IMG/VR virus record: IMGVR_UViG_3300018933_000006
Location: 1 to 53,806 of that record
From: a virus
Taxonomy: Duplodnaviria > Caudoviricetes
Direction: 5' to 3' (one strand)
Length of the DNA stretch: 53,806 nucleotides
The notes under the pieces are model-generated. The model did not search any database, was not told where the DNA came from, and saw only the letters and a list, made by a program, of their open reading frames with translations. A program made the translations under genes and the position numbers. How positions within the stretch are numbered: position 1 is the first letter of the stretch; each line of letters begins with the position of its first letter. Below, in pieces: positions 44,677 to 53,806 of this stretch.

Positions 44677-44959
44677 CGTCGGCCTCCTCTCGGGCGGTGA
44701 TCGGGGTGGGTGCGTCAGGACTGGGGTTGCGGCAGTCGAGGCAGATCAGCTGCCGCGTGACCCGCAGGCGGGCGTGGACCGTGACCCGGCCCTCCGTCGC
44801 GCACAGGGCGGCGACCTTCTCCAGGGCCTCGACGGGCGGCGGGAGCGGGGTGCCAGCGCGGCGGCGGCCGGTCGGCTTCGGCCAGCTGCGGGCGACGGTG
44901 ACAGCACCGACGCCTACGGCGGTGATGGCACCGGCGAGGGCGGTGGCGAACTGGCTCAC
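44669..44959 (-). CDS. Small protein, N-terminal TM and Zn ribbon
   Basis: C...H...CLDC; overlaps. Confidence 0.7.
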   Translation of the reverse strand: MSQFATALAGAITAVGVGAVTVARSWPKPTGRRRAGTPLPPPVEALEKVAALCATEGRVTVHARLRVTRQLICLDCRNPSPDAPTPITAREEADGA

Positions 44960-45693
44960 GGGGCCTCACCACCCGCGCGCTGCGCCGGGATGAACGGCCA
45001 CTCGGTGCGCACGCCGTCCGCCCACGACTCCTTGCCGGGCGTGCGGGCGAAGTACTCCCGAAGGCTTTCGGCCTGCTTCCGGGCCCACGAGACCTGCCAC
45101 AGGTGCAGAGCACTGATCGGCGCCCCACCGATCCGGGGATCTTTCGTGGCGATCCGCCACGCCACCCGGCACGCGGCGATCGCGTCTGCGTCCGCCGAGT
45201 GCGCGCCGTCGAGCGCGACCTCGTAGTGGCGGCACAGGTCTTCGAGCTTGCGCCCGCCGCGCCGGTACGGGTCGATCTGCTTGTCCAGCACCCGCGGGTC
45301 GACCACAAGGAGGTCGTCGCCGACGATGTCCACCAGGGGCTGCACGCCGTGGCGGCGGGCTTCCCTGTCCAGGATGGTCAGGTCGAACGAGGCGTTCATC
45401 GCGACGACCGGCAGCCCGGCGAGCACCGACTCGGCGAGCGCGGCCACCAGCTGCTCGACGACCTCGGCCGCCGGCCGCCCCTCGGCGCGGGCCCGCTCGG
45501 TGGTGATGCCGTGGACCTTCGCGGCCTCCTCCGGGATGTCGATCCCGGGGTCGGCGAGCCAGGTGAAGGACTGGGTGGGGGTGCCGCCGCCGCACTGGAC
45601 GACGCAGGCGGTGACGATGCGGTCGGTCTCGACGTCGACTCCGGTGGTCTCCAGGTCGAATCCGGCGAGGCGGCCCTCGAACCAGGCGGCCAT
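44956..45693 (-). CDS. DnaQ-like DEDDh 3'-5' exonuclease
   Basis: FDLETTG, NASFD, AHSADAD. Confidence 0.95.
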   Translation of the reverse strand: MAAWFEGRLAGFDLETTGVDVETDRIVTACVVQCGGGTPTQSFTWLADPGIDIPEEAAKVHGITTERARAEGRPAAEVVEQLVAALAESVLAGLPVVAMNASFDLTILDREARRHGVQPLVDIVGDDLLVVDPRVLDKQIDPYRRGGRKLEDLCRHYEVALDGAHSADADAIAACRVAWRIATKDPRIGGAPISALHLWQVSWARKQAESLREYFARTPGKESWADGVRTEWPFIPAQRAGGEAP

Positions 45694-46850
45694 CAGAGGT
45701 CACCGCCCTTGAGCGCGGTGAGGAAGGTCTCCAGCTGCGCGACGGTGGCGGAGGAGGGGTGGAGGCCGCCATGGCGCTGGGCGAACGCGGTCTCCAACTG
45801 GGCGGTGGTCATGCCGCGCGGTCCGGCGGCGGCCATGATCTGGAACCACATGGCCTCGGCGGCGGCCGGGTCGGGGGCGTCCACGACCTCGGCCTCGTAC
45901 ACGCCCTCGTCGTCCGGCGTCGGCTCAGGGAAAGCGTCGCCGTAGTCGGCCGGGTTGAGCTGCCGTTCGACGTCGTCCGGGTGCGGGCCCTCCTGCTCCG
46001 GCTGCTTCACCGTGGCGCCGAGCGCCGCGGCCCGCGCCGTGAGCGTCTTGGCCAACTCCTCGTCCATCTCACGGCGCTCGACGGCCTGCTCGTACAGCGC
46101 GCGCACCTCGGCCGGGGTCTTCGCCGCTGCGGCGAGCGCCGCGTAGTCCGGACGGCCCGAGGTGATTGCCACCCGCTCGGGGCCCGATGCCACGGCCTGT
46201 GCGCCGCCGCCGGTGATCTGCCCGGCCATCAGCGCGGCCGGGGTGATCTCCACGTCCAGCGTCGGCACCATGAACCGGGCCGGGCCCTCGTTGCGCTGGA
46301 CGAGCTTCTCCTCCATCCCGAGCCACCCGGCGACGTACCCGCCGGCCTGCGCAAGCAGCTCGGCGGCCGGGGGCAGGGTGATCGCGGCGTAGTAGCCCTT
46401 GGAGATCAGCAGCCACTGGCCGAGCGCGGGGACGTCGCGGAGCATGACGTTCACGCGGGTGGTGATGGCGCACTGCCGCTTCTCGGGGTTGCACAGGCAG
46501 GGGCGGTCGCTCTTGTGCTCGGTGACGCCGTCGCAGCGGCGCTGGCACTTCGATCCGGCGTACAGCTCGTACCACTGGGAGACGGCGTCGCGCGGGGGGA
46601 TGAGGACGGGGAGCCGGTCGGCCTTCGAGTAGACCTCGAACTCGCTGGGGCCGCCGTTTGCCGGCGTCCAGGGCTTCACCTCGCCGCCGTAGAGGTTGGC
46701 GACCTCGGTGAGGATCTCCCGGGAGGGTGACGTGAAGCGGAACTTGTTGAGCTTGGCCGGGCGGGTCTTGCCGCTGGCGGTCGGGACGACGTGGCCGAGG
46801 CGGATTTCGCCGAGCTGCCGCATGCGGCGCTGGAGGTCGATGATGGGCAT
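45693..46850 (-). CDS. Gp3/recombination-directionality-factor-like protein (probable recombination protein)
   Basis: LGEIRLG...RPAKLNKFRFTS, RRCDG, CLC..C; coupled to exonuclease. Confidence 0.7.
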   Translation of the reverse strand: MPIIDLQRRMRQLGEIRLGHVVPTASGKTRPAKLNKFRFTSPSREILTEVANLYGGEVKPWTPANGGPSEFEVYSKADRLPVLIPPRDAVSQWYELYAGSKCQRRCDGVTEHKSDRPCLCNPEKRQCAITTRVNVMLRDVPALGQWLLISKGYYAAITLPPAAELLAQAGGYVAGWLGMEEKLVQRNEGPARFMVPTLDVEITPAALMAGQITGGGAQAVASGPERVAITSGRPDYAALAAAAKTPAEVRALYEQAVERREMDEELAKTLTARAAALGATVKQPEQEGPHPDDVERQLNPADYGDAFPEPTPDDEGVYEAEVVDAPDPAAAEAMWFQIMAAAGPRGMTTAQLETAFAQRHGGLHPSSATVAQLETFLTALKGGDL

Positions 46851-47788
46851 CAGGCAGCCCTCTCTTCGCTGATGGTGGGGAGGGTGAGGGCGGGGCGGAT
46901 GACCGTCTTGGACAGGCCCGAGGTCCACTCGGCGTTCCGCTTGACGGTGAGGAAGGCGTCGAACACGGCGTCGTCGGCGACGGCAGGGATGAGCCGGTAG
47001 CCCTCCGGCCGCAGGTGCAGCACCACACCGGCCCAGAACGTGCGCGGCATCGGGATCTTCGTGCCGTCCCGTAGCCACGCGACGCGGGCCTTGCGGTAGG
47101 CGGCCATCTGGAGCGAGGCCTCGGGGTACACGCCCTTGAGGTCCAGCTCGCCGCCGGTCTTGGTGTCACCGCAGAAGACGGTGTCCGCTGGGATGTCCAC
47201 CTCGAAGTACGCGGCGAGCGCGGCAGCGATGAGCGGGGAGCGGAGCAGGTAGTCGAGGGTGCCCGCGTAGCCCTCCTCCTCGTTGCCCACGACCATCTCG
47301 GAGGCCTCGAAGGTGACCTGCCACTCCTCGACGAAGCGGAGGAAGTGGTCTAGGAACGGGGCCAGCTCCTCGTCAGTGAGCAGCTCGGCGGGCATCGGCG
47401 TGCCCAGAACGTGGGCTTCGATGAGCCGGTGGACGGCGGAGCCGACGTCCTTGCGCTCGTCCTTCTTGCGGGTGTGGGCGCGGCGGAGCCAGTCGTACGC
47501 CTCGGTACGGCGCTCCGGGTGGAGGGAGGAACTCACCAGGTACGGGAGGTTGTTCATCGCCGTCTCGGCGGTGATGTTCCCGGCCCAGAAGGTGAGGGCG
47601 TCGCCCTTGGAGCAACCCTGTTCCAGGATGGTGGTGACGCGGCGGAGCTTTAGGTCGGTGCCCTTGACGCGGTACCAGCCCTGGCTGGGCTTGGGGATTC
47701 GGTCGGTGCCGGTCGGCTCCTGCTTGGTGCGGGAGCGGCGGCCGGCGGCCGGGGCCTGGCGGGCCCCGGCGCGCGCGGTGGTCGTCAT
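46850..47788 (-). CDS. PD-(D/E)XK (RecB/Cas4-like) exonuclease
   Basis: VTTIL, GSAVH, E...YAGTLD, DTKTG, QMAAY. Confidence 0.88.
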   Translation of the reverse strand: MTTTARAGARQAPAAGRRSRTKQEPTGTDRIPKPSQGWYRVKGTDLKLRRVTTILEQGCSKGDALTFWAGNITAETAMNNLPYLVSSSLHPERRTEAYDWLRRAHTRKKDERKDVGSAVHRLIEAHVLGTPMPAELLTDEELAPFLDHFLRFVEEWQVTFEASEMVVGNEEEGYAGTLDYLLRSPLIAAALAAYFEVDIPADTVFCGDTKTGGELDLKGVYPEASLQMAAYRKARVAWLRDGTKIPMPRTFWAGVVLHLRPEGYRLIPAVADDAVFDAFLTVKRNAEWTSGLSKTVIRPALTLPTISEERAA

Positions 47789-48261
47789 CAGGCGGCGTCC
47801 TTGAGGTTGAGAGAGGCCAGGGCGGCGGCCCACAGCTGGCGGCGCAGGGCCTCGGCGGGCGTGCCATCGAAGGCGTCGCCGTACGCCTCTTGCTGGCGGG
47901 CGGCGATCTCCCGCGCAGCGTCCGGGCCCACCCAGACCTCACCGCGCTCGATCTGTCCCAGGACCCGCTCGGTGTCGGGCGACATGTGGACGCGACGCTG
48001 GTCGTCGCGGGCGATCCGGCTCACGGGCGGCCGTCCTTCCGGGTTGTGCGTGGGGTGGTAGATGCGGCGGCCGTCGAGGTCGACCACGGTGAGGAGCCCG
48101 TGCCGGGCCAGGCCGCGCAAGTCCTTCCGGGTCGTGTTCCGGCCGGTCGTGGGCCACGGCGAGCCGGTCATCAGCTGCTCCGCGAGCTGGGTGGTGACCG
48201 GGCGGCCGTGCGCTCTTATGGCGGCGAGCAGGTAGCCGCGCCGGGTGGACTGCTCAGGCAC
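47788..48261 (-). CDS. Winged-helix protein, apparently in-frame fusion with a second small gene (internal start 48024)
   Basis: RNTTRKDLRGLARHGLL wHTH; internal GAAGGA + GTG. Confidence 0.65.
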   Translation of the reverse strand: MPEQSTRRGYLLAAIRAHGRPVTTQLAEQLMTGSPWPTTGRNTTRKDLRGLARHGLLTVVDLDGRRIYHPTHNPEGRPPVSRIARDDQRRVHMSPDTERVLGQIERGEVWVGPDAAREIAARQQEAYGDAFDGTPAEALRRQLWAAALASLNLKDAA

Positions 48262-48775
48262 GGTTGCTCTCCCTCTGGGCGGGCTCGTACCAGCGCACGC
48301 CCTTCTCCTCGAACCGGATCAGGTGGCCGCCCGCAGCGAGGGCGGCAAGGTCGTGCGACGCGGTGCTCTGGCCGATCGACGTGAAGCCGAGCTGGTGCAG
48401 GGCGCGGAGGGCGCGGCCGGACTTCCACCCGCCGCCCTCGGCGAGGACCACGTTGAGGAGCGCGGCTTGGCGGGCGGTGTCGGCGGGCCGGTCAGCGATG
48501 GTCCGGAACGAGGCGAGTGCGGCCCCCTCGTCCGCGGAGTGCTGGTGCAGAAGGCGACGCACCTCCCGCACGTCCACGTCGTCGGGGCGGACCACGACCC
48601 GCAGCGTGCGGACCAGGCCGCGCAGCATGGCCAGCTCACCCGGGTACGCCTGCGCGTCCAGCTCGAACTCGCGGACCGCGGCCTTGATGAGGTCGTCGGC
48701 GGTCAGGTCGTCGAGCACTACGCCGGTGCCGTACGCCTCGGTTAGGGCGCGGCGGATGTCGTCGAGGGCGCTCAT
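48254..48775 (-). CDS. Protein with C-terminal winged helix
   Basis: STASHDLAALAAGGHL...RWY. Confidence 0.75.
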   Translation of the reverse strand: MSALDDIRRALTEAYGTGVVLDDLTADDLIKAAVREFELDAQAYPGELAMLRGLVRTLRVVVRPDDVDVREVRRLLHQHSADEGAALASFRTIADRPADTARQAALLNVVLAEGGGWKSGRALRALHQLGFTSIGQSTASHDLAALAAGGHLIRFEEKGVRWYEPAQRESNRA

Positions 48776-49161
48776 GCGGCAGCACCACCCTCGCGGCGCT
48801 GACCGTGGATTGGCGCGACCGCCGGCCGCTCCGGCGCCAGCGCCCGCAGCCGATCCGCGAGCGCCGTCACCTCGCCGCCGTACACCGGCAGCTCGTAGCC
48901 GACCGCGTCCGCGATCTGCTCCAGCAGCAGCTGCTCCGGGGCGTGCCCGTCGTGCCCGCGCTGGACGCCGCGTTCGTCGGCGAACTCCAGCAGCAGGGCG
49001 AGGAGTTCCTCGTCGTCGGCGATGGTGGTGAGGACGTGGGTGAGGTAGTGCTCCACGTCCAGCAGGGCCCCGGTGGGGATGCGGCGGACGTAGAGGCGGT
49101 ACGGGCCGGTGATGGCCGGGCGGCGGAGCAGGCGGTGCCAGTAGAGGCGGAGGCGGTTCAC
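48772..49161 (-). CDS. Hypothetical protein
   Basis: RBS GAGGAGG; GTGA/ATGA overlaps. Confidence 0.7.
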   Translation of the reverse strand: MNRLRLYWHRLLRRPAITGPYRLYVRRIPTGALLDVEHYLTHVLTTIADDEELLALLLEFADERGVQRGHDGHAPEQLLLEQIADAVGYELPVYGGEVTALADRLRALAPERPAVAPIHGQRREGGAAA

Positions 49162-50246
49162 TCGTCGGCCTCCTCGTCGTACGCGGAGGCGACGTCCAGC
49201 GCGGTGACGGCGTAACCGGTGACGGACTCCTCGTTCTGACCGGCGACCACCGTCAGCTCGGCGACGCCGTCCTCCTCGTCCTCGATCCAGTCGAAGGTGA
49301 GGTCGGTCCCCGTCGGCCACGAGCGGCGCTCTTCCGCCTCGCAGTGCGCGCGGGCCTCGGCGGCCGTGGTGTACAGGCCCATCTCGATCGAGTCGTGCGA
49401 CGCCCGGTGCACCTTCGGGGTGGTCTCGCCCGGCTGCATCGGCGTTCCGACCGTCGCTTGCTGGAGCAGGTACAGGGCGCCGAGCGCGGCCGTGCCAGGG
49501 TCTTCGAGGTCGTGGCAGAAGGACGCCAGGGCTGCCCGCCCTTCTACGGCGGCCTTCTCCAACCTGGCGATGCGGTCCCGGTCTACGCGCAGCTGCTCGG
49601 CCGCGTCGGACAGGGCCTCGTTCGTGGTGTGCCGCTCCGTCTCCAGCTCCGCGACGCGGTTGATCAGCCAGTCCACGGCCGGGGCCAGCGTCTCGCCGAG
49701 CGGGAACGGAACCTTGCGGTCCTCGCCGTTCGGCGCCAGCGACCCGCGCATGTTCAGCGCGTCGTTCTGGAGCGCGACCAGCCGGGCGCGGCGTCGGTCG
49801 CGCTGTTCCTCCAGTTCGATGACTCGGAGTCGGGCTGCGTTTCGCTGGTCCCGAGTTTCCTCCAGCGTGCTTTGCAGGGCGCACGCGATTTCGTGCAACG
49901 CCTTCTCCGTACCGGAGTCGTAGGTCGCGGTCGACCAGGCCTTCGTGCGCTCGCCGTATTGCGCGAGCCGGACTTCGGCCGGGGTCAGGTTGTCCTGCGG
50001 GATGCGGTGCACGTCCGTCAGTCGGGCCCGGAGTCGCTCCAGCTCGGCGGCGGTCTCGGGGGCCTGGAGCAACTGCGCCGACTCCAGGGCCTCGGCGAGC
50101 ATCGCGGGCGCCGTGTGACCCTGCCGCATCGCGGCGGCGATCACAGTCTCGGCCACGCCTCGCAAGGTCGGCCTCGATCGGGCGGGCATCGGCAGGGCGC
50201 CGTACTCGCGGACAGCGGTCTCCAGGTCGCGAATCGGCTCGGTCAT
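49158..50246 (-). CDS. Mosaic coiled-coil protein
   Basis: Heptad repeats; GLYTTAAEARAHCE C-terminal domain. Confidence 0.75.
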   Translation of the reverse strand: MTEPIRDLETAVREYGALPMPARSRPTLRGVAETVIAAAMRQGHTAPAMLAEALESAQLLQAPETAAELERLRARLTDVHRIPQDNLTPAEVRLAQYGERTKAWSTATYDSGTEKALHEIACALQSTLEETRDQRNAARLRVIELEEQRDRRRARLVALQNDALNMRGSLAPNGEDRKVPFPLGETLAPAVDWLINRVAELETERHTTNEALSDAAEQLRVDRDRIARLEKAAVEGRAALASFCHDLEDPGTAALGALYLLQQATVGTPMQPGETTPKVHRASHDSIEMGLYTTAAEARAHCEAEERRSWPTGTDLTFDWIEDEEDGVAELTVVAGQNEESVTGYAVTALDVASAYDEEADE

Positions 50247-50593
50247 GCCGCCACCGCCTCGGTGGCCAGGTCCAGCCCGAACCCGGTCAGGTCCACGGTC
50301 ACCCCGTGGAACACGCCGACGGCCGCCAGCCACGCGTCTCCGCGGAACGCCTTCAGGACCACGTCGCCCGGGCCGATCTGAAGGGCGGCCCGCCACGCCT
50401 CGAAGGCGCTCGGGGAGTCCGCCTGGAGGTGGAGGACGTGCGTGCCGGACGGGAAGGTGATGTAGGGCTTCGGCAGGTGGCCGAACATCCGCACCAGCTC
50501 GACCAGTGCCTCGGCGACCGGCGCCGTGTCGACGAACGGGGCGGTCACAGGCACGCTGACCTGCGGGGCGGGGGAGGTAATCTCAATGGTCAC
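50243..50593 (-). CDS. Hypothetical protein
   Basis: AFEAWRAAL motif; coupled to next gene. Confidence 0.75.
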   Translation of the reverse strand: MTIEITSPAPQVSVPVTAPFVDTAPVAEALVELVRMFGHLPKPYITFPSGTHVLHLQADSPSAFEAWRAALQIGPGDVVLKAFRGDAWLAAVGVFHGVTVDLTGFGLDLATEAVAA

Positions 50594-50687
50594 GGGGACC
50601 TCTCTTCGATGGTTGATGGGGTCGCCGAGTCGGGGGTCGCTCGGGCCGGGAAGCTGTGAGCGGCCCTTCGGCGCGTTCAGGGCTGGA

Positions 50688-51014
50688 TCAGCCGGTGATG
50701 ACGGCGGCGGCCGGGCGCCGGCGGCGCCGCGGCTTGCTGCGGCCGTCGACCTTGTTGCGCATCAGCGCGGCGATCTCGGCGAGGTCTGTGTCGCTGAACA
50801 TCAGCTGGCCGGCCATGCGGTGGCAGGGGAACCGAGGACCGTCCTTCGGCTTTCGGTTCACGCCCCGGCGGAGCCAGTCCTGGCCGCGCTTGTCCTCGGG
50901 GTCCTCGGTGGCGAGGCCGAGTCGAACGGTGGCCTGCTTGAGGTTGTAGAAGTTCTCCAGGACGGGCTCAGGCTTCTTCGGGGTGCGGGCGGGCGGCGCC
51001 GTCGTGGCTGCCAT
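50688..51014 (-). CDS. Excisionase-like (MerR/HTH_17-type) DNA-binding protein
   Basis: FYNLKQATVRLG...WLRR...FPCHRMAGQLMFSDTDL; second gene of lytic operon; RBS AAAGGA. Confidence 0.7.
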   Translation of the reverse strand: MAATTAPPARTPKKPEPVLENFYNLKQATVRLGLATEDPEDKRGQDWLRRGVNRKPKDGPRFPCHRMAGQLMFSDTDLAEIAALMRNKVDGRSKPRRRRRPAAAVITG

Positions 51015-51267
51015 GGCTGTCCTTTCCGTGCTGCTCCTCGGGCGAAGCGAGGAGCGACTCGTCGTCGGGCTGGATTCGCAGGGCGGTGCGCAGGCGCTGG
51101 TACGTGGGGGGCCGCATGTCACGTCGGTCGCCGTTCTCCAGCTGGCTGAGGTAAGGGCCGGTGATGCCGGCCTTCCTGGCGCACTGGTTGCGGGTGAGCC
51201 CGAGTTCTTTGCGGCGGGTGCGGATGGCCGCCCCGTCCACCTGGTAGGTGGGGAGGGGTCTGTGCAT
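50968..51267 (-). CDS. Cro-like XRE regulator
   Basis: IRTRRKELGLTRNQCARKAGITGPYLSQLENG; divergent from repressor; TAGCTT 7 nt before ATG. Confidence 0.88.
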   Translation of the reverse strand: MHRPLPTYQVDGAAIRTRRKELGLTRNQCARKAGITGPYLSQLENGDRRDMRPPTYQRLRTALRIQPDDESLLASPEEQHGKDSHGSHDGAARPHPEEA

Positions 51268-51435
51268 GTAGAGAAAGCTAGCGACTATGAATAGCGATTG
51301 CTAGTGATACTCGCTAGTAATCTCTAGAAATCTCCAACTGTGCTCAGCGGCAGCCCTTTGGGGTTCGCCAAAGAAGGGCCAAGATCTGGCCAGGAAGGTG
51401 GAGATTTCTGGCGGTAGCTAGAGGTAGCTGCCATC
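51268..51435. promoter_or_regulatory. Lysis/lysogeny switch region
   Basis: AT-rich, five CTAG sites, T(A/G)GAGATT motif at 51319, 51329 (minus) and 51399 (plus). Confidence 0.8.
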
Positions 51436-51900
51436 ATGTGCGGCATGGCGCTCACCAGCGATGACACCAGCCGTCACCGGCGGAGACTCGGATCCCTCGT
51501 GACCCAGCGACGCGCTGCGCTCGGCATCACGGACAAGCGCGTCGCCGCGAAGCGCTGCAACATGTCGGTGACGACCTACACCAAGATCGAGAACGGCGAC
51601 CCAGTCAACCCTCTGAGCTACGCGAAGCTGGAGCAGGGTTTCGGCATGGTCGCGGGTTCGTGCGGGGCGGTGCTCGACGGCGCGGAGTCGATCATGCTGC
51701 TGGATGGTGGCGAGCTGTTCGTCGCCGGCCGCTCGGTGGCCGTCGATCGCAGCCAGCTTGAGCCGACGCTCCGGGAGGCCATCACGAAATGGACGAGGCT
51801 TGTCCGACCCGACATCACGCTCGGTGAGGATCAGGCCATGACTGACGGCATCCTGGAGGAGCTGCGGAGGCGCGGACTCCTTCCGGATTCCGAGAAATAG
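51436..51900 (+). CDS. CI-like immunity repressor (alternative start 51445)
   Basis: XRE HTH (MSVTTYTKIENG); upstream of integrase, divergent from cro. Confidence 0.8.
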   Translation: MCGMALTSDDTSRHRRRLGSLVTQRRAALGITDKRVAAKRCNMSVTTYTKIENGDPVNPLSYAKLEQGFGMVAGSCGAVLDGAESIMLLDGGELFVAGRSVAVDRSQLEPTLREAITKWTRLVRPDITLGEDQAMTDGILEELRRRGLLPDSEK

Positions 51901-52052
51901 TGAGCGCTGACGTACAACCTTTTGGTGTGATCAGATCGTGACCATTGTTGACCGAAAATTCGGTCAACACCCCTGTCGTCACCCTCCGCCACATGCGAGT
52001 CTGGCGTCTCGCCTGCCTGGGGGGCTTCCGAAACCTCGACGAGGGGGGACAC

Positions 52053-52289
52053 ATGCCGACAGCGAAGGCCATCACGTACGACCGGGAGCCCGGCTTCATC
52101 GCCGACGTGCTGGAGATCGACGGCGCGAGCGTCTGCGTAGTGAACCCCGCAGCACTCAAGGACGCCGGCACCCGGTCTCTGGTGCGGCAAGTGGCACAGG
52201 GGCGCGGACTCGACTGCGGGACATGCCGCGGATGCCTGGTCGGTACAACCGTGCAGGACGGTGGCGGCGGAACCGTGACGGCGGAATGA
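52053..52289 (+). CDS. 78-aa protein with CxxCxxC between repressor and integrase
   Basis: GAGGGGGG RBS; DCGTCRGCL. Confidence 0.65.
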   Translation: MPTAKAITYDREPGFIADVLEIDGASVCVVNPAALKDAGTRSLVRQVAQGRGLDCGTCRGCLVGTTVQDGGGGTVTAE

Positions 52290-52334
52290 ACCACTGACGG
52301 TCCGCTCCCGCCAGAGACCTCTGAGGGAGGGCGC

Positions 52335-53711
52335 ATGCCCTACGTGGAGCGACGCGGCAACAGCATCCGCGTCAAGTGGTGGGGCGGCGAGTACAAGCCA
52401 GGCCCGGACGGCAAGCCCACCAAGACCAAGAAGTACGAGTCCGCCTCCGGGCCAGAGCCCGGCGTTCCGTTCAGGGATGAGGAGGAGGCGTACAACTACG
52501 GCCTCGACCGGGAGCACGACGTCCGCCACGGCAAGCACATCCCGCGCGCGGACGCGAGGACGCCGATGGAGGAGTACTGCTGGACCTGGTTCGAGGCGGC
52601 GGAACTCCGCCCGAATTCCGTCGACACCTACAAGTCCATGCTCAACGCGGTGATCATCCCAGACTGGCAGGGGCGTGCTGTCGGTGCCATCACGCCCCCT
52701 GAGTACGACCTGTGGAAGAAGAGCATCGAACGCAGGTACTCCGCGAACTACGCCAGCCAGCTGCGCGGGGTGTTCCGCATGCTGATGGAGGACGCCGTCC
52801 TCAAGTACAAGCTGCGCACGGACTCGCCGATCGTCGAGCAGCACCGACGCGGCCGGTACACCAAGAAGCAGACGCGCCGGAAGAAGCGGCAGCTGCCCAT
52901 CGAGGCCGTGCACAAGCTCGCCGTCAACGCCTACCACGTCTGGGGCTTCACCGGCTGGACGTACATCTGGACCGTCGCCTTCACCGGCATGAGGCCGCCC
53001 GGCGAGATGTACGGTCTCCAGCGCGGCTACACCTCGGCGCACTGGCCGGCCTCCGACCCGGATCCGGAGAGGCGCAAGGAGGCCCTGGAGCGGTACCAGG
53101 GCAAGCTGCACGCGCTGCGTGTGCAGCACCAGCTCTACCGAGCGGACGGCCTACCGACACTCGCCGGTCCGAAGTATGAGTCCTACCGGACGCAGGTGAT
53201 CCCCCCGTTCCTGCACGAGATGCACGCCGCGCTGCTGGCCTCTCATGACAAGCCGTTCGTGTTCCTATCGCTGACCGGCAAGCCGCTGCTGGGAGCGCAG
53301 TTCGAGCGGGACTACTGGCATCCGATCCGGGACGGCGCCAAGGAGCGGAAGGCGCGCAAGGGCTACGAACGGTTCACCCGGCCCAAGCTGCCGGCCGTGG
53401 AAGAGATGGCAGGGCAAGATCTCTACCGATTGCGGCACTGGCACCGGGAGCTGCTGGACGAGCCGGGCGCCGACATCGCGCGCGTCGCGAAGGAGGCCCG
53501 GATGGGTCACGAGCTGCCGGGCGTTGAGGGCGTCTACAGCATGGTGACCTTGGCGATGGAGGAGCGCATCGTCGAGTACCTCCAGGAGGTCTGGGAAAAG
53601 TTTCTGAGCACGGGCCCGTGGCTTCCGCCTTTTCCCAACGCTCTCCCAGATGATCAAGGAAACGCTCCGTCCGCGCTGTTCAGCGACTTCCGCATCCTTG
53701 AAGGAGAGTGA
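52335..53711 (+). CDS. int: Tyrosine integrase
   Basis: TGMRPPGE, PK, YRLRH, MGH, GVYS catalytic motifs; abuts att core. Confidence 0.95.
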   Translation: MPYVERRGNSIRVKWWGGEYKPGPDGKPTKTKKYESASGPEPGVPFRDEEEAYNYGLDREHDVRHGKHIPRADARTPMEEYCWTWFEAAELRPNSVDTYKSMLNAVIIPDWQGRAVGAITPPEYDLWKKSIERRYSANYASQLRGVFRMLMEDAVLKYKLRTDSPIVEQHRRGRYTKKQTRRKKRQLPIEAVHKLAVNAYHVWGFTGWTYIWTVAFTGMRPPGEMYGLQRGYTSAHWPASDPDPERRKEALERYQGKLHALRVQHQLYRADGLPTLAGPKYESYRTQVIPPFLHEMHAALLASHDKPFVFLSLTGKPLLGAQFERDYWHPIRDGAKERKARKGYERFTRPKLPAVEEMAGQDLYRLRHWHRELLDEPGADIARVAKEARMGHELPGVEGVYSMVTLAMEERIVEYLQEVWEKFLSTGPWLPPFPNALPDDQGNAPSALFSDFRILEGE

Positions 53712-53748
53712 TGAAGTCGATGAACCGGCACATGGGCAAGGTCGACTT
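53709..53748 (+). repeat. Right attachment core; begins with the integrase stop codon
   Basis: Identical to 64-103; TGA 53709-53711 ends the integrase. Confidence 0.95.
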
Positions 53749-53806
53749 CGAGGAGGCCCCGGCGGCCGACGCCGAGACCCCGGCGGCCGGAGCCAAGGCC
53801 GACAAG
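53711..53806 (+). pseudogene. Displaced native 3' end of the host target gene
   Basis: MKSMNRHMGKVDFEEAPAADAETPAAGAKADK open to window edge, same frame as the left copy. Confidence 0.75.

Larger units (their letters stand above)
64..53748. mobile_element. Complete-looking temperate prophage (siphovirus-like, tyrosine integrase)
   Basis: 40-bp terminal direct repeats, integrase at the right end, and full immunity, replication, packaging, head, tail and lysis modules. Confidence 0.96.

Noticed and set aside
45693-46850. Serine-integrase directionality factor function
   Set aside because: No serine integrase present; a separate Xis-like gene exists
46850-47788. Cas4-like nuclease as part of a CRISPR system
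   Set aside because: No Fe-S Cys cluster, array or other cas genes; context is phage recombination
51831-53129. 432-aa minus-strand ORF
   Set aside because: Shadow of the integrase
1-53806. tRNA/rRNA genes, IS elements, reverse transcriptase/DGR, RM or known defence systems
   Set aside because: No recognisable motifs by eye; a tRNAscan/DefenseFinder run would be needed to exclude them formally

Overview
The window is essentially one apparently complete ~53.7 kb temperate siphovirus-type prophage of a high-GC actinomycete, most likely Streptomyces (judged from gene families and codon style). It is bounded by a perfect 40-bp direct repeat (64-103 and 53709-53748) inside a small host membrane-protein gene, whose 3' end the phage replaces. 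Order from the right end: tyrosine integrase, small Cys-rich ORF, CI/Cro switch, Xis-like gene, a long leftward early/replication operon (PD-(D/E)XK exonuclease, Gp3/RDF-like protein, DnaQ-like exonuclease, RuvC-like resolvase, WhiB, DUF2303 pair, DnaB_N-AAA_25 helicase with internal iterons, many small ORFs), a moron cluster (31.5-34.3 kb), an accessory membrane module (27.7-31.6 kb), terminase/portal/head/neck/tail genes with a canonical GGGAAAA frameshift, a lysis cassette, and a regulatory accessory block at the left end. The strongest candidate for an undescribed system is the 27.7-31.6 kb module. It has a divergent HTH regulator with twin perfect operators, four membrane proteins resembling Streptomyces plasmid Spd/TraB parts, two membrane-anchored winged-helix proteins each carrying a repeat array at the 3' end of its own gene (7x TCCGGA; 7x GGTAGAY, clt-like), no translocase ATPase, and a bldA-type TTA codon. 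Other highlights are an early small protein that copies the N-terminus of the phage's own tail tube protein, two distant hairpins with an identical UCCCCCCGUG loop, and a motif shared between the att arm and the immunity switch. All family assignments come from motif recognition by eye; no database searches were run. Many start codons were re-called from the ORF track using RBS and overlap evidence.
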